Part shown: positions 60,496 through 64,000 of the stretch, in pieces | Layout of the letters: every line of letters starts with the position of its first letter | Position numbering within the stretch: the stretch's first letter is position 1 | Sequence record: NC_048047.1 | Direction: 5' to 3' (one strand) | Length of the DNA stretch: 64,000 nt | Notes under the pieces: model-generated | What the model was told of the DNA's origin: nothing | The model's input: the letters and a program-made list of their open reading frames with translations, nothing else | Database searches by the model: none | Made by a program: the position numbers and the translations under genes

Positions 60496-61223
60496 GCGTC
60501 TACACCCAGCTTCCCGCCAATGGCGTCCCGATCCGCTGTCTGGGTTCGGACAAGGACTATATCGAGCGGGCGCGCGTCTGGGCCGTCGAGAACACCAAGT
60601 TCACGGTCGCCCAGATCAGGCCCAAGGAAAACCACGGCAACGTCGCCGAGAACATCATGGTCTTCGAGACTTTCGAGCAGAAGCGGGATTTCGCCCGGAA
60701 GTGGCTGGTCGGCGTTCACTTCGCGCCGCTCGACAAGATTCCCTGGGAACGAGCCTATCCTGACCAACCCCTGTTCAGTGACGAGACCTGGAGCGCCCCG
60801 CCGGTGCGCCACGAATATTCCGAACTGGTGATGTACTCGATCATCAGCGAGGAAGCCCTGAAGGCCATGAAGGGCAATCGCGGCAAGCTGGTCTCCCAGG
60901 GCGGGCATGCCTACCTGCACACGTGGTGGGACTCCGAGCGGCGCTTCTCCAGCGCGGCCTACGCGTACCGCAACTCCAACGCGGCCGTGAAGGTGGCGCT
61001 TAGGCCGATGCAAGACCTTGCTCTGCCCGACATCCTGGTGGCCGACACCGAAGACCAGCTTTCGGCCCTCTACGACATCTTCCATCCGATCTGTGGGTGT
61101 ACCCTGACCCGCGACGCCGCCCGGACCGTCTTCACCGAACCGACGGTGACCTTCCTGGGTGTGGGGCCGATCTACAAGACCCTCTTCAACGAACTGGCGC
61201 CGGGGCTGCGTCCACTCCTTTAG
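60492..61223 (+). CDS. pth2: Peptidyl-tRNA hydrolase type 2 (Pth2) fused to an unknown N-terminal domain
   Basis: MKGNRGKLVSQGGHA, VKVAL, DTEDQL, RDAARTVF.EPTVTFLGVGP, LRPL. Confidence 0.8.
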   Translation: MSVYTQLPANGVPIRCLGSDKDYIERARVWAVENTKFTVAQIRPKENHGNVAENIMVFETFEQKRDFARKWLVGVHFAPLDKIPWERAYPDQPLFSDETWSAPPVRHEYSELVMYSIISEEALKAMKGNRGKLVSQGGHAYLHTWWDSERRFSSAAYAYRNSNAAVKVALRPMQDLALPDILVADTEDQLSALYDIFHPICGCTLTRDAARTVFTEPTVTFLGVGPIYKTLFNELAPGLRPLL

Positions 61224-61227
61224 ACCC

Positions 61228-61279
61228 GCGAGAAAACTGTTGACAGCCTCCTAGGTGCGTCCTAGAAGACTGTCAACAG
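61228..61279 (+). promoter_or_regulatory. Class I promoter within an inverted repeat (mirror-image promoter on the minus strand)
   Basis: CTGTTGACAG-cctc-CTAGG-tgcgt-CCTAG-aaga-CTGTCAACAG. Confidence 0.8.
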
Positions 61280-61299
61280 CCGCCGCAAGGAGACAGTCC

Positions 61300-61701
61300 A
61301 TGACCGCCCCGTACGTGACCCGCGCCCTGATCATCGTGGACAAAGAAGTCGCCAATCCCAACCACGATCGCCGCGTCAAGCACGGCGAGGACAGTCTGGC
61401 CAAGCTCACCGTCGGCGAGCGTCTCGTCGTCTCCACGGCCGACTACGGTACGCACCAGGAAGTCACCATGCGCCGCATCGGCGCCAACACCAGCATCTGG
61501 AAGCGCGCCTTCGTCGAAGCGATCCAGGCCAACGCCTCGCCGATCGAGCCGGAGACCTTCGCTGAGTGGGCCGCGCTGACCGGCGACGAGGGCGAGGGCA
61601 TCAACCGCCGGATGTTGGAAATTCTCTTCCAGACCAAGCCTGACATCGTCAAGAAGGCCCACGCCTCGGCGGTGGCGCGCTACGACGAGTTCAACGACTG
61701 A
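61300..61701 (+). CDS. Hypothetical protein
   Basis: ATG 61300 after GGAG. Confidence 0.75.
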   Translation: MTAPYVTRALIIVDKEVANPNHDRRVKHGEDSLAKLTVGERLVVSTADYGTHQEVTMRRIGANTSIWKRAFVEAIQANASPIEPETFAEWAALTGDEGEGINRRMLEILFQTKPDIVKKAHASAVARYDEFND

Positions 61702-61892
61702 TGCGCCTGATCATAAACGCTCCCGAACCCTGGGTCCCGGAGGCCATGAAAATCCTGGCCGCCCAGGTTAAGCGTTTCGACGAATATCCGAAGATCGGCT
61801 GGGGATGGTCATTTGGCCATTACCCCAACAAGTTCTTTGTGCGTCGGATTAAAGACGGTCTGTCAATCACCCACGTGATGCCGAAACTCTGA
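61701..61892 (+). CDS. Small hypothetical protein
   Basis: TGATG coupling. Confidence 0.65.
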   Translation: MRLIINAPEPWVPEAMKILAAQVKRFDEYPKIGWGWSFGHYPNKFFVRRIKDGLSITHVMPKL

Positions 61893-61893
61893 C

Positions 61894-62247
61894 ATGAAGC
61901 AGCGCTGGATCAAGGACCGCTTCGGTGACAGCCGGCGGGCGCCCATGACGGTCAACGACGCGATCGTGATCATCCTGGAGCACATGCAAAGCTCGGTCGC
62001 GAGCATGGCCCGCATGCCCGAGTATCAGAATCCGCGCAATCCCAACCGCCTTCCCGAAAAGTCGATGTCGTCGACCAAGGTCTTCCCGCCTCGCTACTGG
62101 CAGGCGGCCGAACGCCTGATTAAGGAAGGCGCCGTGGTCGCCACTTGCGGCAGCCCTGACATCCGCGACGACTTCAGCAATCCTTTGTTCATGATCGCCG
62201 GGCCAAACTACGACAAGGCCATACGCACCTATCTGGGAGACGTCTGA
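61894..62247 (+). CDS. Hypothetical protein
   Basis: Co-directional ORF. Confidence 0.7.
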   Translation: MKQRWIKDRFGDSRRAPMTVNDAIVIILEHMQSSVASMARMPEYQNPRNPNRLPEKSMSSTKVFPPRYWQAAERLIKEGAVVATCGSPDIRDDFSNPLFMIAGPNYDKAIRTYLGDV

Positions 62248-62408
62248 TGCTCTACGAAGCTTGCGCCTTCGGTTACGGTGTCGTGACCTTGCGCCCGGCC
62301 CCGCTCATTGAACTCCTGGCGTTCGTCGTCGCCCTGGCCGCCGGCGTCGAGTGCTGGCGCGCATGGGCCATGCGCGAGGTCAAGAAGGCCATGCAAGAAA
62401 ACGGTTGA
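62247..62408 (+). CDS. Small membrane peptide (53 aa)
   Basis: TGATG coupling, GGAG RBS; MLYEACAFGYGVVTLRPAPLIELLAFVVALAAG...; not in the ORF track. Confidence 0.55.
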   Translation: MLYEACAFGYGVVTLRPAPLIELLAFVVALAAGVECWRAWAMREVKKAMQENG

Positions 62409-62410
62409 CT
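62394..62410 (+). promoter_or_regulatory. Class I promoter (CAAGAAAACGGTTGACT)
   Basis: Repeat motif, N16, CTAGAA. Confidence 0.75.
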
Positions 62411-62460
62411 CAATCCTCGAACCCACCTAGAAATCAGGCTCCGCAATCGAGGAGGACCCG

Positions 62461-63507
62461 ATGAAGAAGGAACGGTTCGAGGTGCTGGACGCCCTGCGCG
62501 GCGTCGCTGCCGTGCTGGTGATGCTTTATCACGTTGGCAACACCTTCTCGGCCGAGGCCGGCATTGGTCATCTGGCGATCTTCGCCCAGCACGGCTGGGT
62601 GGCGGTCGACTTCTTCTTCATGCTGAGCGGCTTCATCATCGCCCACGCCTATGACGCCAAGCTGGCGACTGGGCTGGGCGCGATGCCGTTCATGAAGGCG
62701 CGCATCAAGCGGCTCTATCCCTTGTACTTGGTCGGTGCGGTCCTGGGCGCGTTCGCGACCGTCTGCCTGACCCTGACCAAAGACGTGCCCGTCGGACCCG
62801 CCGAGGTGATCGTTGTCCTGACCACGACACTGCTGTTCTGCCCCATCCTGGGTGCGGCTCCCGCCTTCGTTTTCAACGTGCCGGCGTGGTCTCTGTTCTT
62901 CGAGATCGTGGCCAATCTCGCCTACGCCGCCGGCTTCAAGTGGACTTCCAAGCGCGTACTGCTGGGCGCCTCGCTGGTGGGTCTCGCGGGGCTGGGCGCC
63001 TGCCATGCTGCTTACGGCACGCTCGACGTGGGCTGGTCCGGCGGCAACTTCCTGGGTGGGCTGGCCCGCATCGCCTTTGCCTTCCCCTTGGGCGCGCTGA
63101 TCTATCGCCTCCACGTCGAAGGCCGTTTCTCCTGGGTCCCCCGCGTCAGCCCGGTCATGCTGATCGCCTTGCTGGTGGCTCTCACCTGCCTGCCGGCGCC
63201 GCGCAACACCATGATCGATCTGCCGATCATCGCCACGATCTTCCCTCTTTACCTGATCCTGGCAGCCCAGTCGCGCTTCGCTAAACCGGCCAAGCTGCTT
63301 CGCCAAGGCGGCGATCTCTCCTACGCGCTCTATGCGACCCACTCGCCGGTCTTGGTCCTGGTCTCGGCGATCCAGGTCGCCGCACATGCCTCGCCCGTCC
63401 TGCTACTGACCTCGGCGCCCTTGGCTATCCTCGTGGCAATGGGCGCGCAGCACCTGACGACGAAATCCTGCAAGAAAGCGGTTGACACCCGTCTGGCGGT
63501 CGCCTAA
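62461..63507 (+). CDS. Acyltransferase-3 (OafA/YrhL-like) membrane O-acyltransferase
   Basis: LDALRGVAA..V..YH, G..AVDFFF.LSGF, R..RLYP, WSL..E, SY.LY..H; about 10 TM, no SGNH domain. Confidence 0.9.
   Translation: MKKERFEVLDALRGVAAVLVMLYHVGNTFSAEAGIGHLAIFAQHGWVAVDFFFMLSGFIIAHAYDAKLATGLGAMPFMKARIKRLYPLYLVGAVLGAFATVCLTLTKDVPVGPAEVIVVLTTTLLFCPILGAAPAFVFNVPAWSLFFEIVANLAYAAGFKWTSKRVLLGASLVGLAGLGACHAAYGTLDVGWSGGNFLGGLARIAFAFPLGALIYRLHVEGRFSWVPRVSPVMLIALLVALTCLPAPRNTMIDLPIIATIFPLYLILAAQSRFAKPAKLLRQGGDLSYALYATHSPVLVLVSAIQVAAHASPVLLLTSAPLAILVAMGAQHLTTKSCKKAVDTRLAVA
63471..63487 (+). promoter_or_regulatory. Class I promoter (CAAGAAAGCGGTTGACA)
   Basis: Repeat motif, N16, CTAAGA; inside the 3' end of the acyltransferase gene. 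Confidence 0.8.
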
Positions 63508-63542
63508 GACTAGGACATCAACCGCGAAGGGAGCCCCAGCGC

Positions 63543-64000
63543 ATGCCGAAGAAAATCCACACCGTGACTTTCGCCGATGGCACGACCGCCACCCGCGAGT
63601 CCGAGAACCGGACCTACAGCCACGTCGTGGTCGGCAAGCACGACAAGCGGGTCGACATCGACTACGCGCGCAAGCGTTCGCGCAGCGATCGCAGCAACTA
63701 CGACTACTACACGAACATGGCCAACGCCACGCCGGGCGTCCCGGCGACCTACACCTCGCACTCGGACGACCGCCCCTTCACCTTCACCTATACCGCCGCC
63801 GAGATCGCCAACGGCCAGGAAGAAATCGCCGGCCGCGACGCGGACACCTACTGCAAGGACAAGCTGGCCGAACGTCTCGACGAGATCGAGAAGAAAGCCG
63901 CTGAAGGGTACTACGATCGCTGGAACGCCCTGACCTGGGCCTCCCGCGCCGATCTGGCCGCCAAGCAGGTGAACAACTGGGCCAAGACCTTCACCGAGGT
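63543..64000 (+). CDS. Hypothetical protein (3' end runs off the window)
   Basis: ATG 63543 after GGGAG; MPKKIHTVTFADG... open to the window end. Confidence 0.75.
   Translation, partial: MPKKIHTVTFADGTTATRESENRTYSHVVVGKHDKRVDIDYARKRSRSDRSNYDYYTNMANATPGVPATYTSHSDDRPFTFTYTAAEIANGQEEIAGRDADTYCKDKLAERLDEIEKKAAEGYYDRWNALTWASRADLAAKQVNNWAKTFTE

Noticed and set aside
591-63487. Repeated 17-20-bp motif read as a CRISPR array or att sites
   Set aside because: Spacing is irregular (hundreds of bases to kilobases), copies are degenerate and each has a -10 at fixed distance; no cas or integrase genes.
1-64000. Stop-codon recoding (frequent TAG)
   Set aside because: Recognisable proteins are full length under the standard code, and TAG stops are followed by RBS/start signals.

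Overview
This window is the accessory region of a large, high-GC lytic dsDNA phage. It holds about 138 short, tightly coupled ORFs and no recognisable structural, replication, integrase, transposase, tRNA, rRNA or CRISPR features. Genes run on the minus strand from 1 to about 5.7 kb and on the plus strand from 5875 to the end. A phiCbK-like Caulobacter/alphaproteobacterial jumbo phage is my inference from codon usage, TTGAC-N16-CTAN promoters and gene content; it was not verified by a search. The region is divided into cassettes by about 19 copies of a promoter element, (C/G)(A/T/G)AGAAA(A/G/C)C(T/A/G)GTTGAC(A/T). A second promoter class (7 copies) carries an 18-bp box, RTGACG-N6-GTGWCA, exactly 2 bp downstream of the -35 hexamer. 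Recognisable functions are: (i) a contiguous NAD-precursor import/salvage module (TorF-like outer-membrane porin, PnuC, NadR, DUF1937/NDT-fold protein); (ii) a dispersed tRNA/translation toolkit (CCA-adding enzyme, Thg1-like 3'-5' polymerase, two Pth2-type peptidyl-tRNA hydrolase homologues, Mesh1-like alarmone hydrolase fusion, RNase AS-like exonuclease, Rmf-like peptide missed by the ORF track); (iii) a HAD nucleotidase, Nudix hydrolase, 2OG-Fe(II)-like and ferritin-like metalloproteins, a proteasome-beta-like Ntn hydrolase and an acyltransferase-3; (iv) an apparently unnamed three-member HExxH protein family and a 719-aa orphan coupled to a Pth2 fusion. All family calls come from motif recognition by eye.
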